A stretch of 40,431 bases of DNA, from positions 1-40,431 of the forward strand of contig JBATSI010000044.1 in assembly GCA_049293215.1 (NCBI GenBank), read 5' to 3'. The stretch comes from Candidatus Saccharimonas sp. GTDB lineage: Bacteria; Patescibacteriota; Saccharimonadia; Saccharimonadales; Saccharimonadaceae. Below, piece after piece: positions 1-9,350 of this stretch (position 1 is the first letter of the stretch; the number at the start of each line of letters is the position of its first letter). The notes under the pieces were generated by a model, which was not told the DNA's origin, did no database searches, and saw only the letters and a list, made by a program, of their open reading frames with translations. Position numbers and translations under genes: made by a program.

Positions 1-298
1 CATAGGATGTTACATTGACGCTTCCAAGTATTGCAAATAGTTCAGAAGCTGTCGTTGGATAGGCGTCGTGGTCTACGAAGTATAGCTCGAGTTGTTTACC
101 AGCATTCATTATATCGTTCTGCACTAGAGTATCATGTGCTCTATTTTGTATCCCATTATAGGCTACGATACTGATTGCTGCGAGGATAGCGATGACAACA
201 ATGACGATGAGGAGTTCAACAATCGTAAAGCCACGTTTGTTTGTATGATATGTTTGTGTGATAGGTGAAGGATGATGATAATTAAAAGTATTGCTCAT
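1..298 (-). CDS. Type IV prepilin-like protein (partial, runs off the window start)
   Basis: Manual translation from ATG at 298: MSNTFNYHHPSPITQTYHTNKRG|FTIVELLIVIVVIAILAAISIVAYNGIQNRA..., a class III signal peptide. It is not in the ORF track. Confidence 0.9.
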   Translation of the reverse strand, partial: MSNTFNYHHPSPITQTYHTNKRGFTIVELLIVIVVIAILAAISIVAYNGIQNRAHDTLVQNDIMNAGKQLELYFVDHDAYPTTASELFAILGSVNVTSY

Positions 299-304
299 GC
301 TTAC

Positions 305-327
305 ATTTAATCACCCCCGGATGTCAA
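305..327 (-). promoter_or_regulatory. Pilin promoter TTGACA-11 bp (G5 tract)-TTAAAT, leaderless
   Basis: Minus strand reads TTGACA tccgggggtga TTAAAT gtaagc ATG. The same motif lies upstream of the pilins starting at 5145 and 21972. Confidence 0.6.
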
Positions 328-387
328 GGGATTTGGGAGAGGAGACAAAAGAAAGTGCTGTGGACAACTTATCCACACCTTTTGTGC

Positions 388-414
388 TTGACAAGGGTCT
401 CCCCCCCCTATAAT
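388..414 (+). promoter_or_regulatory. Consensus sigma70 promoter with a C8 tract in a 15-bp spacer
   Basis: TTGACA (388-393) agggtctcccccccc TATAAT (409-414), 7 nt before ATG 422. Confidence 0.8.
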
Positions 415-421
415 CGGGCTT

Positions 422-1060
422 ATGGTTAGGATTGTATATAGAAGAAGGATAGAGAGAGCTGGGTTTACTATTGTAGAGTTATTGATTGTTATTGTGGTGA
501 TTGCGATACTCGCTGCAATATCTGTGGTTGCTTACAATGGGATGCAAGGAAGAGCAGAGGATGTACGGCGTATTACTGATGCGAAGAATATTGTGAAAGC
601 GCTTGAACTATATAAAATAAATAACGGAAATTACCCTGCGGTAGAGTATTCAGGAAAGGGCGGAATCCAAGGTTGGGAGGTGAGCAGCAATGAATCAGCA
701 GGACAATTCATTGCGCCACTCGCCACAGCGGAATATGGCTTTCCAAACGGTGTAGCGGTTGACCCTGTCAATAACGCTACCGCTCCTGCTGACGGTACAG
801 CGAACAATCTTAGGGACAGTGGCGGTTACACCTATCTTTATTACCGCTACAATCCAGGAACAAATGGATGCGACGCTTCACGTGGTAATTACTACGTACT
901 TATTATCCTTCGTACAAAGACAAGTGGACTAACAAAACACCCGGATAGCCCAGGACTCCAATGTGGCGCCTGGAGCTGGGAAAACTACGGTTCTTGGCTT
1001 CGTCAACGGCTAGCTTTTAAGCTTTCTCTAAGCTTCCCCTGCTATAATAAGAAGATATGA
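422..1060 (+). CDS. Type IV pilin / T2SS-G-like pseudopilin
   Basis: G|FTIVELLIVIVVIAILAAI N-methylation motif, ALELYKINNGNYP, VDP motif, C-terminal Cys pair. Confidence 0.9.
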   Translation: MVRIVYRRRIERAGFTIVELLIVIVVIAILAAISVVAYNGMQGRAEDVRRITDAKNIVKALELYKINNGNYPAVEYSGKGGIQGWEVSSNESAGQFIAPLATAEYGFPNGVAVDPVNNATAPADGTANNLRDSGGYTYLYYRYNPGTNGCDASRGNYYVLIILRTKTSGLTKHPDSPGLQCGAWSWENYGSWLRQRLAFKLSLSFPCYNKKI

Positions 1061-2220
1061 GTTCACAGAAGAAAGTAGTCGCTCTACCAAAAATAGGTCG
1101 GATTGCTAGTTTAGATTTGATGCGCGGATGGTTTCTTGTTGTTATCATTCTCGACCATCTCAGCTACTTTCCAAATGGTCTTTCTTTTATATCCGGCGAT
1201 AGTCGACTTTTCGTCTCTGCCGCAGAAGGATTCTTCCTTATATCGGGGCTTGTTCTCGGCATTGTACGTGGCGCAAAACTGGTCGACCAACCTTTTGCAC
1301 TTGTAACAAAAAAACTCCTCTCACGTAGCTTTGCACTCTATTTGACGAGCATCACTATTACAGCAATCTCCATCCTCATTGGTTGGTATTTCGTTGGTAA
1401 TGATGGCGTAAAATCACCACTTCCAACACCGTGGAGCGATATCCCCTCGCTCATTTGGAGAATTATTACGTTTCAGGAATTTTACGGATGGGCAGATTAC
1501 CTTCGTCTCTACTCCCTCTTTTTGCTCTTCTCTCCTGCTTTTATGTGGCTTCTAAGAAAGGGACGATGGTATATCGCGCTTGGGTGCAGTATCGCAGTAT
1601 GGTTTTTTGCTCCCCATCCAACCACTCCAATGACACAACCGTTTACATGGCAAATCCTCTTCTTTATCGCATTGACTATCGGCTTCTACCTACCGCAACT
1701 CGTGCGGTTCTGGCAGCGTTTGTCAAAAAAGACACAAGCAATAATCACCTATACACTTATGAGCGTCTTCGTTATGACGCTGGCGGCAAATATCATTTCA
1801 GAGTTCGTCACACCAGTAATGAGTGGATCAATAACTCAACATGTCAACGAGGTACATCGTTGGGTTACCCCATACATGTCGAAACTTGATATGCCGTTAC
1901 CGCGAATTATTTTATCGCTCGTGTGGTTCATGGGATTCTTTGTGCTCTTTCGCCGTTTCGAGAAGCAAATCACCCGCTGGCTTGGTTGGCTCCTCATCCC
2001 CTTTGGCACTCATTCGCTCTATGTATACTCGCTCCACGCTTTCGTTATCATGGGTATGCACCTTATCCTCAATCCTCAGTACGGCGCACCCGCGAGTTAC
2101 TTCAACTCGTTTGATAGAGTAGGAGAAATTCCACTCAATTTCTTCATGTCAATTCTTGCAATAAGTATTATCTACATTGCTCTCAAAAAGAAGTTCTTGA
2201 TCAATATCATTCCGAAATAA
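1057..2220 (+). CDS. OpgC-family membrane acyltransferase-like protein
   Basis: RIASLDLMRG...ILDHL and SAAEGFFLISG motifs; about 10 hydrophobic segments. Confidence 0.8.
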   Translation: MSSQKKVVALPKIGRIASLDLMRGWFLVVIILDHLSYFPNGLSFISGDSRLFVSAAEGFFLISGLVLGIVRGAKLVDQPFALVTKKLLSRSFALYLTSITITAISILIGWYFVGNDGVKSPLPTPWSDIPSLIWRIITFQEFYGWADYLRLYSLFLLFSPAFMWLLRKGRWYIALGCSIAVWFFAPHPTTPMTQPFTWQILFFIALTIGFYLPQLVRFWQRLSKKTQAIITYTLMSVFVMTLAANIISEFVTPVMSGSITQHVNEVHRWVTPYMSKLDMPLPRIILSLVWFMGFFVLFRRFEKQITRWLGWLLIPFGTHSLYVYSLHAFVIMGMHLILNPQYGAPASYFNSFDRVGEIPLNFFMSILAISIIYIALKKKFLINIIPK

Positions 2221-3733
2221 ACGATGAAATCGATAAGTGTTGAAGTTCCTGTGTTGCAACGTTTTTGAATGTTCGCGATAGCTGAGGCTCCTTGTCTCCA
2301 TAGAAAACAACGTGCACAACACTCGATTCTGGCGAAAACGTCGATGCGTCCTTCACCTGTAGCGTGCTACCATTGAGCGGCGCATATCCTCCACGCAAGA
2401 CATCATCTTTTGCGACAAAATGCACATCGCATCCTGGCAAGTAATATTCAAGTTCTATCGCCGTATACGGATCTGCCGCCAAAATAGTTGATCCATCACG
2501 ACAATCGTTAAGCTGTGCGGCTGCCTGTTTTACGTCTGGCTGCTGCATTCGTTGAAAATTAAAATTACCGACAGCAACAAGATTACCGACACCAAACAGT
2601 AATACCGCAAACACAAACATCCGTGCGCCTAATCTATATGTTCGAGACCACCGCTCACTTGCAAGCCATATCGTAACAGCATTGAGCGCAACAAAACCAA
2701 TTGCAATATGAGAAAGATATCGCTCAACATACATAGACCGTGCAAATGACACAACAACAAGCACTGCAACGGGAACCGTAATATATACGACAAGAAGGAA
2801 TATCAGTGATTTTTTATCTTTTTTTGCCGACTTTATTACCGTAAGAACGCTATAGCACACAAGTATTATCACCGCTAAAATCATCAGCGACTCAAACATC
2901 GTGAGTTGCCACAATGGTTTATACAAAAAATTGAAAGAAAAGATACCAATCATATTTTCAAGATTCATCTGCTGCCCAATCGGCGCAAGTGCATTATTAC
3001 TCAACTGCTTTACAAACGCAAATAACCATGGAATAAAGAGAAGCACGCTACCTCCATACGCATATATCCATGGCTGCTCAAGGAATGTACCCTGCTTCTT
3101 CTTATCCTTTGCCCACATTGTTATAAGCCATACCACGTGAGATATCCACAAAAGCGCCAAATAGTATAGACTGTACATTCCTAAAGCAACAAGCACAGCA
3201 TAGAGCACCCAATACCCCGTCTTTTTCTTTTCGCTCGTCTCGTACCATGCCTTTGCGAGCGTATACGTTGCCGCTATACCCACAAACGATGCGAGCGAAT
3301 ACATTCGTATCTCAAATCCATAGCGTATCAAAAGTGGCGATAGAGCTGCCACACCTACAACATACAAAGCGACGCGGCTGTTGAAGAATTTTCTAATAAA
3401 TAGCCCCAGGACAGTAAGAGAGGCTCCAAAAAAGATAACACTTAAGCTGCGAAGAGCCATCTCACTCCAGCCAAATATACTCGCCCATCCCTTGAGCAAT
3501 ATGTAATAAAGTGGCGGGTGAGTGTCTAACGCCACGAGAGCAATCAACTCTTGAAGCGGTCGCTTCGCCACCATAATCGAATACGCCTCGTCGAACCACA
3601 CACTCTGCTGCATACCCAGCCACAAACAAAAGAGCGACGAAAGCAGGACAATCACTCCCAGAACACTATAAAAAATCCTCATATTTTCTACTTTTTTATG
3701 TCGACGAAATACCATATCTAGAAATTGTTTCAT
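2207..3733 (-). CDS. GT-C fold glycosyltransferase (GT39/PMT_2-like)
   Basis: SVWFDEAYS, DTHPPLYY and EIRMY motifs, many TM helices. Start placed at ATG 3733 because TATGAT lies 6 nt upstream. Confidence 0.85.
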   Translation of the reverse strand: MKQFLDMVFRRHKKVENMRIFYSVLGVIVLLSSLFCLWLGMQQSVWFDEAYSIMVAKRPLQELIALVALDTHPPLYYILLKGWASIFGWSEMALRSLSVIFFGASLTVLGLFIRKFFNSRVALYVVGVAALSPLLIRYGFEIRMYSLASFVGIAATYTLAKAWYETSEKKKTGYWVLYAVLVALGMYSLYYLALLWISHVVWLITMWAKDKKKQGTFLEQPWIYAYGGSVLLFIPWLFAFVKQLSNNALAPIGQQMNLENMIGIFSFNFLYKPLWQLTMFESLMILAVIILVCYSVLTVIKSAKKDKKSLIFLLVVYITVPVAVLVVVSFARSMYVERYLSHIAIGFVALNAVTIWLASERWSRTYRLGARMFVFAVLLFGVGNLVAVGNFNFQRMQQPDVKQAAAQLNDCRDGSTILAADPYTAIELEYYLPGCDVHFVAKDDVLRGGYAPLNGSTLQVKDASTFSPESSVVHVVFYGDKEPQLSRTFKNVATQELQHLSISSFISE

Positions 3734-3826
3734 AGCTCTATCATATCGATATTCCGAACAAAAAGCCAACTTTTGCCCATGCTCTAGACAGCTTCTTTAT
3801 GATGCGGTATAATAATCCTTGCACAT

Positions 3827-3902
3827 CGGGGTGTGGCGCAGTTGATAGCGCGCGCGGTTTGGGACCGTGAGGTCGAAGGTTTGAGTCCTTTCACCCCGAC
3901 CA
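3827..3902 (+). tRNA. tRNA-Pro(TGG)
   Basis: Cloverleaf: acceptor CGGGGTG/CACCCCG, anticodon arm CGCGG-TTTGGGA-CCGTG, encoded CCA end. Confidence 0.95.
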
Positions 3903-3936
3903 AGAAATTTATTTAGATTTTCGACTTATTTTGTCG

Positions 3937-3982
3937 AATTAATAAAACGGTAGTCGATCACAGGCTGCTGTTTTTATTAATT
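3937..3982 (+). terminator. Probable intrinsic terminator after the tRNA
   Basis: Imperfect inverted repeat aattaataaaacggtagtc ... ggctgctgtttttattaatt with A and T tails. Confidence 0.55.
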
Positions 3983-4054
3983 GCAAATCCTCTACCTTTA
4001 TACAAACTACACGTAGCATGGTAAAATTATTAGTAGCATACGACAGGAGATGCC

Positions 4055-4513
4055 ATGAAATATAACCTACGATCTTCAACGGACGAAGATATTTCCATAA
4101 CAGATGCCGACATTTCTATTGTCGCAAATAAACTTTCCGCATTACAAGATGGCGATTTTATCTGTCTCGTGCGAGATGACACTGCACAAGATTTCATGCA
4201 AGTACTTTGTACCGCTTCGACGAAAGCGCCTATTCAAAATAAGATTTTTATGCTGGATTATACCGAGAGTACGACAGATACAACGAGTACGCTATATACG
4301 ATACGTGATGGCGTTTCAGAGAAAGAAGCAGCTACCTACTTCAATCAATTTCTCAATAATCAAACCGACTACACCCGCCTGCCAAGAGACATTATCGATT
4401 TAAACGAAGACGAACCAACTTACAAAAGCCGTATCCTGAGTGCAATCACCTCAGTGATAGGCGCTATACTAATTGCCATACTCATAGTAGTATTGAAGAA
4501 TCTATTTCAGTAA
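4055..4513 (+). CDS. Hypothetical protein with C-terminal membrane anchor
   Basis: 152-aa ORF, SD-like AGGAG upstream, hydrophobic C-terminal helix. Confidence 0.7.
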   Translation: MKYNLRSSTDEDISITDADISIVANKLSALQDGDFICLVRDDTAQDFMQVLCTASTKAPIQNKIFMLDYTESTTDTTSTLYTIRDGVSEKEAATYFNQFLNNQTDYTRLPRDIIDLNEDEPTYKSRILSAITSVIGAILIAILIVVLKNLFQ

Positions 4514-4545
4514 GCACGTCTAAAATCATTTAGCAAAATATGCCT

Positions 4546-5145
4546 TTAAGCTGGCATCGGCAGCATGTCAACGCACATTCGTTGACCGCCTCTTGACTCC
4601 ATATACCCTCTCGACTTAGAAGTACTAAAATCTCCAAATGCGCCCTCTAGGCTTGAGCGACACGTCGCATTGCCATCCAAAAAATATATTACATAGTACG
4701 GATGCAGATTACCATCGACCTTCCAAGTACTAGCGTAGCGGAACGTAAAATTATAGCGACAACCACCCCACCCACTAAAACACTTATACACAGGAGGTGG
4801 TGGCAATGAAGCAACCTTACGTAATTCATCAGCAAAAACCGAACTCCGTACGCCTACATAGCAACCATTCGGATAATCTGCCACCTCTCCCAAGCATACC
4901 GAGCTCGTCGGGGTAGGATATTGTCCATATTCTGCCAGATACATCGCGAGCGCTTTCTCGTACTGAGCGACGGCTGCCTCGGTTTTAACATTTTGTGCTC
5001 GTTCTTGTATGCCATTGTATGATACGATGCTAATTGCAGCGAGAATGGCAATCACCACAATGACAATGAGAAGTTCAACGATAGTAAAACCAGTTGTTTG
5101 CCTTGTTTTACGCGTTGGATGTGGATAAGATGTGAATAAACTCAT
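4546..5145 (-). CDS. Type IV pilin-like protein
   Basis: G|FTIVELLIVIVVIAILAAISIVSYNGIQ; Cys-rich variable domain. Confidence 0.92.
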   Translation of the reverse strand: MSLFTSYPHPTRKTRQTTGFTIVELLIVIVVIAILAAISIVSYNGIQERAQNVKTEAAVAQYEKALAMYLAEYGQYPTPTSSVCLGEVADYPNGCYVGVRSSVFADELRKVASLPPPPVYKCFSGWGGCRYNFTFRYASTWKVDGNLHPYYVIYFLDGNATCRSSLEGAFGDFSTSKSRGYMESRGGQRMCVDMLPMPA

Positions 5146-5151
5146 GCTTAC

Positions 5152-5182
5152 ATTTAATCACCTCCCCCCCGGGGGATGTCAA
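5152..5182 (-). promoter_or_regulatory. Pilin promoter TTGACA-19 bp (C5G7 tract)-TTAAAT
   Basis: Minus strand reads TTGACA tcccccgggggggaggtga TTAAAT gtaagc ATG. Confidence 0.6.
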
Positions 5183-5249
5183 GAAATTTAGGAAAGCAGC
5201 ACCGTCACATCTCCAAAACTAGCGAGACGGAAAACAGCCTTTATCTAGT

Positions 5250-6758
5250 TTACCTGCCTATGTTTTTTACACTGTATCGATCTTTGATTTCTTTTTGCTC
5301 AGGGATCGTTGGATCGAACTTTGCATCAAATAAGTCATTCAACCCCATCTCGTCCTTATTCTCATATAATTTTTTAATGTAATTCATAGCAAGAACACGG
5401 CCATTAAGATACGCCAGGTCCTTGTTAAATGTAAGTGGCTGAATGTCTGGATATTTCTCTGTTAGCTCTGTCGGCATACCACGGAAAATACGAACTACCG
5501 CAGTATAGGCAGAGCGCCGCTCTTTTTGAATCATTTCGTCAGATACTTTCTGATTATCTTCAAGCTTCATCAATAAACGATAGCGCCATGCCACCTCAAA
5601 GGTTGAACGAAAATCGGCACCTTCAGCAGCACGTGATATATTAATGTAGTGTCCAAGGTTAACGCCACTCCATTTCGGTTCAGCACTACTCACAGCTTCT
5701 TCTATAGTCGTACAAAATCCCTCTTCAAACGTCAAATAATCGGCTCGCGGTGTGTTCGTATACAAACCCGTTCCAAGCACTGGCAATTCAGACTTTAGCC
5801 CGTTCATAGCTCGACCGCCATGACCCCGGCCTTCATGCAAAAATTTCTGAAACAGTATATCAGGCGAGATAATCGGTGCACGCTTACCGCCTACTTTCAC
5901 CGACATCAACGATGATTCCCATGATAACGACGCTGCGTCAGGATCAAGCAAAACGCCGACACCAGCCTCATTCTCCGGGTCCATATAACGAAATGCAATC
6001 TCATATGCTTCGACAATATCTTCCGGCGTCGCAACGTAGCCCTCGCCATAGTCTTCTACTTTATCGTCCCACCATTCACGAAATAGCGCCTCTAGATCAG
6101 CATTCTGTTCAAGAATAATCTCGCCTGCCCACGCAAGTGATGGATGACTGAAGTCTGGTAGGCTCTCCGCCTTTTCCGGGCGTGACAAAGGAGGTATGTA
6201 ACTATTGCCCCACGAAAATCCGTCATTCAAGTCCTTATATAATTGCTGAGCCGAGGACGAAAGCTGCTTGCCGTCAAGCTGCGACCAAATTTCACTATAT
6301 GCTGCATCGCGGACTGTTTCGTCCGGAACACCGTATAATTGCTCTCCAAGTTCGCGTGCAGACTCTACTAATTCGCGTACATCCTCTTCAGATCCACTCT
6401 CGTTAACAACAAAATCAAGCCGACTAAGCAGCTTAATATACTCCATTTCAGCAGCACGAAACTCAAGCGATGTTGCAATAATGTCAGCCTTTTGTTCATC
6501 CGGCTCCAGTTGTTTCACCTTCTCAATCGCATCGTAAAGATTCAAAATACCTTGATCCATATCTGCAACATTACGCAGCTGCGAGTATGTTAAGCGTGGA
6601 TTCCGTATCTCATTCGTCAGAAAAGCTGTTCTTTGGGCGGTCGCATCATTTTTTAGTTTTTCATACGATTGAAAACCAGCTTCAGGCAGGTTCTTTGGAT
6701 TAACAATTTCTCTTGTCGATCGCGTTCGTTCAGCAGTTGGAGTATTTTCATGATTCAT
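5250..6758 (-). CDS. DUF1704 / MATCAP-like metallopeptidase
   Basis: HExxxH (FLHEGRGH), downstream EEG, and FNKDLAYLNG, matching the family FTKDxxYLxG motif. Confidence 0.75.
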   Translation of the reverse strand: MNHENTPTAERTRSTREIVNPKNLPEAGFQSYEKLKNDATAQRTAFLTNEIRNPRLTYSQLRNVADMDQGILNLYDAIEKVKQLEPDEQKADIIATSLEFRAAEMEYIKLLSRLDFVVNESGSEEDVRELVESARELGEQLYGVPDETVRDAAYSEIWSQLDGKQLSSSAQQLYKDLNDGFSWGNSYIPPLSRPEKAESLPDFSHPSLAWAGEIILEQNADLEALFREWWDDKVEDYGEGYVATPEDIVEAYEIAFRYMDPENEAGVGVLLDPDAASLSWESSLMSVKVGGKRAPIISPDILFQKFLHEGRGHGGRAMNGLKSELPVLGTGLYTNTPRADYLTFEEGFCTTIEEAVSSAEPKWSGVNLGHYINISRAAEGADFRSTFEVAWRYRLLMKLEDNQKVSDEMIQKERRSAYTAVVRIFRGMPTELTEKYPDIQPLTFNKDLAYLNGRVLAMNYIKKLYENKDEMGLNDLFDAKFDPTIPEQKEIKDRYSVKNIGR

Positions 6759-6765
6759 GTATTAT

Positions 6766-6794
6766 ATTTTATAATATTTATATAATTATGTCAA
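6766..6794 (-). promoter_or_regulatory. sigma70 promoter TTGACA-17-TAAAAT, leaderless
   Basis: The -10 ends 7 nt before ATG 6758. Confidence 0.7.
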
Positions 6795-6806
6795 TGTTAT
6801 ACTCCT

Positions 6807-7907
6807 CCATTCCACCCCCAACTGCACCACTCACTAAAAAACATCTCTGCGTTTCGTTAGAATAAGTTGTACCAACCAACTAATCCAACAAAGGAGGCAG
6901 AGATGTACTCTCATCTTACCAAACAACAACGCATAGAGTTCGGTGTATTGCACCGAACAGGGTTCAGTATGCGAGCAGCCGCTCGCATACTGGCCGTGCA
7001 CCACACCACCCTGAGTCGCGAGTTCCGACGTCACCAAAGCACTCGCCCCCATACCATCTCGTTGTACCATGCAGGGGATGCGCAGAGACAAACAAACGCT
7101 CGAAGACGAGCGGCCAACCAACGTTTCCACAAGATCGTGAAAGGCTCACCACTCGCGCTCCTCATAGAGAAGAAGCTTTCTCTATTAAAATGGGCACCGG
7201 AGCAGATTGCTGGCTGGTTGAAGACGCACAGGCCACGCCTGTATGTCTGTGCCCAAACCATCTACACGTGGATCCATACCAAAAGAAAGGATCTGAGACA
7301 GTATCTCCACTGCCTGAAGCGTACGTTACGTCGTACAAGGCAAGCCGCACGGCGTGAACAGAAGCGAGCACTGCTCGCTGCTGTTCGCCACATCTCCCAG
7401 CGACCTGCTTCTATCCACCAACGAAAACGCTATGGCCATTGGGAGGGTGATACGATCCATGGTGCTGGCAAGAGTGGGTACATTGCTACCTTCGTGGAAC
7501 GCAAGAGTGGCTATCTTTTGGCGGCACTGCTTCCAAAAGAGCAGTTCAGTGCCCGTGGCTTTGCCGAAGCTGCCAGACGGTGCCTCGAGCGGATACCACC
7601 CCCCTACCGCAAAACCCTAACATTAGACAATGGCCCCGAAAACAAGCTTCCCGAGCGGATTGAACAAAATACTGGAATGAAGGTGTACTATGCCACCCCT
7701 TACCATTCCTGGGAACGAGGTACCAACGAAAATACTAATGGACTACTTCGTTATTTCTTTCCGAAGAAGAGCAGCTTCGCTGCTCTCACCCAGGAAGATA
7801 TTGACACGGCAGTCCAGCTCCTGAATACTAGACCACGGAAACGACTGAACTGGCGAACACCGAAACAGATGCTACGGATGTAGGTGGTGCGGTTTGGAAT
7901 GGAGGCT
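6807..7907 (+). mobile_element. IS30-family insertion sequence
   Basis: Imperfect inverted repeats ccattccacccccaactgcaccac (6807-6830) and gtggtgcggtttggaatggaggct (7884-7907) around one transposase. Exact outer ends are uncertain by a few bp. Confidence 0.85.
6903..7883 (+). CDS. IS30-family DDE transposase
   Basis: N-terminal HTH (YSHLT...TLSRE), GHWEGDT, TLDNG, PYHSWERGTNENTNGLLR, LNTRPRK; SD AAGGAGG before ATG 6903. Confidence 0.95.
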   Translation: MYSHLTKQQRIEFGVLHRTGFSMRAAARILAVHHTTLSREFRRHQSTRPHTISLYHAGDAQRQTNARRRAANQRFHKIVKGSPLALLIEKKLSLLKWAPEQIAGWLKTHRPRLYVCAQTIYTWIHTKRKDLRQYLHCLKRTLRRTRQAARREQKRALLAAVRHISQRPASIHQRKRYGHWEGDTIHGAGKSGYIATFVERKSGYLLAALLPKEQFSARGFAEAARRCLERIPPPYRKTLTLDNGPENKLPERIEQNTGMKVYYATPYHSWERGTNENTNGLLRYFFPKKSSFAALTQEDIDTAVQLLNTRPRKRLNWRTPKQMLRM

Positions 7908-7956
7908 ACGACTGCACCTTCATACTGCTTCATTCCAACGTCGATAGCAACACCTT

Positions 7957-8352
7957 CTATTTTTCTTCATTATCGCTACCATGACATATCACAATCTCAA
8001 TCGCCAACACACCGTATCTCGCCTGATCTTCAGCCGTATAGTACTTATTATATTCATCTGCCGCTTCTTGTGCTGAACGCGCAGACGGTATGACGCGCTG
8101 ATAGCCTTCGGCAGTCACCATTGCAAGAAATGAGCTATAGCAACGTACGGCCACAACTTTGACACATGCCGCACGAGGTTCGCCATCGTGAAGAACGCCA
8201 AGTTTGTCGCGATAATCTCGGCGCAACCATATGCGATCGCCTGGAGTATACTCGGCAAACTTTCCCTTTCGAAGCCTTCCTTCTACTGTTTTACGACCCG
8301 AAATAATGTCATCAAGCAAACTCGATTCACGACCAGATTCCCATACATTCAT
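7957..8352 (-). CDS. ASCH-domain protein
   Basis: IISGRKTVEGRL motif, Y-S-F and YGVLAI segments typical of the ASCH/PUA fold. Confidence 0.8.
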   Translation of the reverse strand: MNVWESGRESSLLDDIISGRKTVEGRLRKGKFAEYTPGDRIWLRRDYRDKLGVLHDGEPRAACVKVVAVRCYSSFLAMVTAEGYQRVIPSARSAQEAADEYNKYYTAEDQARYGVLAIEIVICHGSDNEEK

Positions 8353-8482
8353 ACAACTAGTTTACAGTAGGCCACCTAGAAAATCTATTTGCACAAGATA
8401 GGCTATCTGTCCACGACTAATAACGTGTGGTGCTTAAGACTCTGATTCTTTCGCTTCCCAAATATGCGACGCGTTATCGGAA

Positions 8483-8976
8483 TCAATCGCGGAGTTTATC
8501 CGAAGGCTGCGCCTTAATGTGCGACGGCAGGTGTTGTTCTGTCGATTCTTTATACACTTCGGGAGACGCACAAACACTTACCGTATAGGTGGTGCTGTCA
8601 CGACTAGCACGCATCGTGAGCGGTCCGCTACAGGCGGCGCCGAGATCTTTCATCTCATGCGTTAACTCACCTATCTCCTTATCGCTTTGATCGAGTGAAT
8701 CAGCGATCGACGAGCGAACCGACCACATAACAGCCTCTGCAATTTCAGCTGGAATATTTTTGGCAACCGCCTCATTGAAAGACTCTCCATCCTCACCAGT
8801 GAAACTTTCTGCCATACTCATCTTCAGACGTTTTTCAATCAACGCTTTTGCGAGCGCTTTTCCCATATGACATTGAACGCTACAGCGAGAACACGCCTCA
8901 GGCGTTGCCTCTGAAACTTGGCGTTCAACTTCTTCTGGAATGTGAGCATTCCGTCGTACATTGATTCACGATTCAT
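8483..8976 (-). pseudogene. Cys-motif hypothetical protein with an apparent 1-nt frameshift near the 5' end
   Basis: Promoter TTTACA-17-TATTAT sits 7 nt before ATG 8976. Adding one A at 8965-8966 joins MNRE to INVRRNAHIPEEVERQ...CSRCSVQCH and the 8483-8866 ORF. Confidence 0.55.
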
Positions 8977-9015
8977 AATATCTATAATACCATATTACCG
9001 TTATTTTGTAAATAT

Positions 9016-9023
9016 TCACGCAT
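9016..9023 (+). repeat. Left 8-bp target site duplication TCACGCAT
   Basis: Identical copy at 20424-20431; each copy directly abuts a terminal inverted repeat. Confidence 0.9.
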
Positions 9024-9202
9024 GCCGAGTATACCCTCATATCACGTATCTAGTACCAGCCCCTGTTAGATTTCTGTAATTAATCACCTAGAATCTTAGC
9101 GCTTTAGCCTTTCCCTATAGGACTATCGTGAAATAGAATTGTGTGTTATAATAAAAATAGTTCGATGTCCCATTCGAACTCCGTCGAGAGTAGGAGTCAG
9201 AA

Positions 9203-9328
9203 ATGGCTGGAGCAAGCAAGTCGGGAACGAAGAACGCGAAGGCTCGCAAGAAGTTCAAGCACCCGAAGCCGCCTCATGGGCGCGGACGCAAGGGCGCAAA
9301 CAGCGCCAAGGGAGGAAAGAAGTCGTAA
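9203..9328 (+). CDS. 41-aa Lys/Arg-rich basic peptide (unannotated)
   Basis: MAGASKSGTKNAKARKKFKHPKPPHGRGRKGANSAKGGKKS*. TG-n-TATAAT at 9147-9152, SD AGGAG, terminator just downstream. Confidence 0.7.
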   Translation: MAGASKSGTKNAKARKKFKHPKPPHGRGRKGANSAKGGKKS

Positions 9329-9350
9329 CAACTCGACTTCCCATCCTCCG

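Noticed and set aside
320..331. gatgtcaaggga at the pilin promoter matches part of the IS1595 right IR
   Set aside because: The match is centred on the shared TTGACA -35 hexamer. There is no IR terminus (gccgagtat) or TSD.
990..1060. Possible frameshift near the end of the 422-1060 pilin (alternative-frame TAG at 1011; the tail runs through the next promoter)
   Set aside because: The ORF also ends in a normal ATGA overlap with the next gene. It cannot be resolved without homologs or reads.
3827..3902. tRNA-Pro as an integration site for the accessory region
   Set aside because: I found no duplicated tRNA 3' end and no integrase in the window.
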